Positions 63,801-64,000 of a DNA stretch of 64,000 nt are shown here, one piece after another (position 1 is the first letter of the stretch; every line of letters begins with the position of its first letter). The DNA comes from Vitrella brassicaformis CCMP3155. Taxonomy: Eukaryota > Protista > Chromerida. The translations under genes and the position numbers were made by a program. The stretch is from positions 1 to 64,000 of the forward strand of contig CDMY01000367.1 of assembly GCA_001179505.1 (NCBI GenBank), written 5' to 3'. The notes beneath the pieces were generated by a model. That model saw only the letters and a program-made list of their open reading frames with translations, was not told the origin of the DNA and did not search any database.

Positions 63801-64000
63801 TCCATCCCACTTACACCTGGCCTGCTGCTGGGGGGGCCGTGGCGGGGCGCCGAGTGAATCGCATCATCATCTTTGGGGGGACTGCGGGAAAGGCTCTCAT
63901 CTCTCGTCGCCCCTGCCTCTGAAGTATGGCGCCGCTGCTCCATCTCCCGTCTGTGTGCGATGGCCGCCTGTTTGGCCTCCTCGTAGCCCAGCTGCTTGAC
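57866..64000 (-). CDS. Multi-AP2 protein B (5' end outside window): at least 6 AP2 domains, X modules, PHD finger, SAM-like domain; apparent frameshift at a G11 run
   Basis: AP2 domains at about 63940-64000 (partial), 62585-62355, 62315-62160, 61795-61640, 60445-60210 and 60178-60025. The C-terminal region is closely similar to protein A. Frame change at 60630-60640. Confidence 0.8.
61155..61289 (-). other. PHD finger (C4HC3) within AP2 protein B
   Basis: CWKCGKGDNEKFLLLCDNRRCSAAYHTYCINLTAVPEGQWFCPEC. Confidence 0.92.

Overview
Eukaryotic, GC-rich, intron-dense genomic window. Introns are short (about 55-130 nt, GT-AG) and full of (GT)n, (GACA)n and (GGAT)n microsatellites. ApiAP2, ISP-like and PAN/Apple genes point to a chromerid/apicomplexan relative, most likely Vitrella brassicaformis (inferred, not searched). 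I can support about 18 protein-coding loci plus the 3' end of a frameshifted CRE-like non-LTR retrotransposon. Ordinary genes: alpha/beta hydrolase, CobW/ZNG1 GTPase, MON1, PDCD2L, S10 carboxypeptidase, GT32 glycosyltransferase, M16A insulysin and an ISP-like PH protein. The most striking feature is a pair of paralogous giant multi-AP2 genes at the two ends of the window. They carry shuffled arrays of variable AP2 domains interleaved with an unrecognised helix-capped AP2-like module, an optional PHD finger and a conserved C-terminal SAM-like domain, an architecture reminiscent of KRAB-zinc-finger arrays. Other unusual architectures are an acylated NAK-like pseudokinase-ANTH-TKL kinase fusion, a PAN-PAN-GH10 xylanase and a coiled-coil-PH-multipass membrane protein. 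Two recurrent promoter motifs appear: the AGATCT palindrome in all six divergent intergenic regions, and telomere-like AAACCCT(G/A) clusters. Exon boundaries were inferred by eye from splice phase and homology, so all gene models are provisional.
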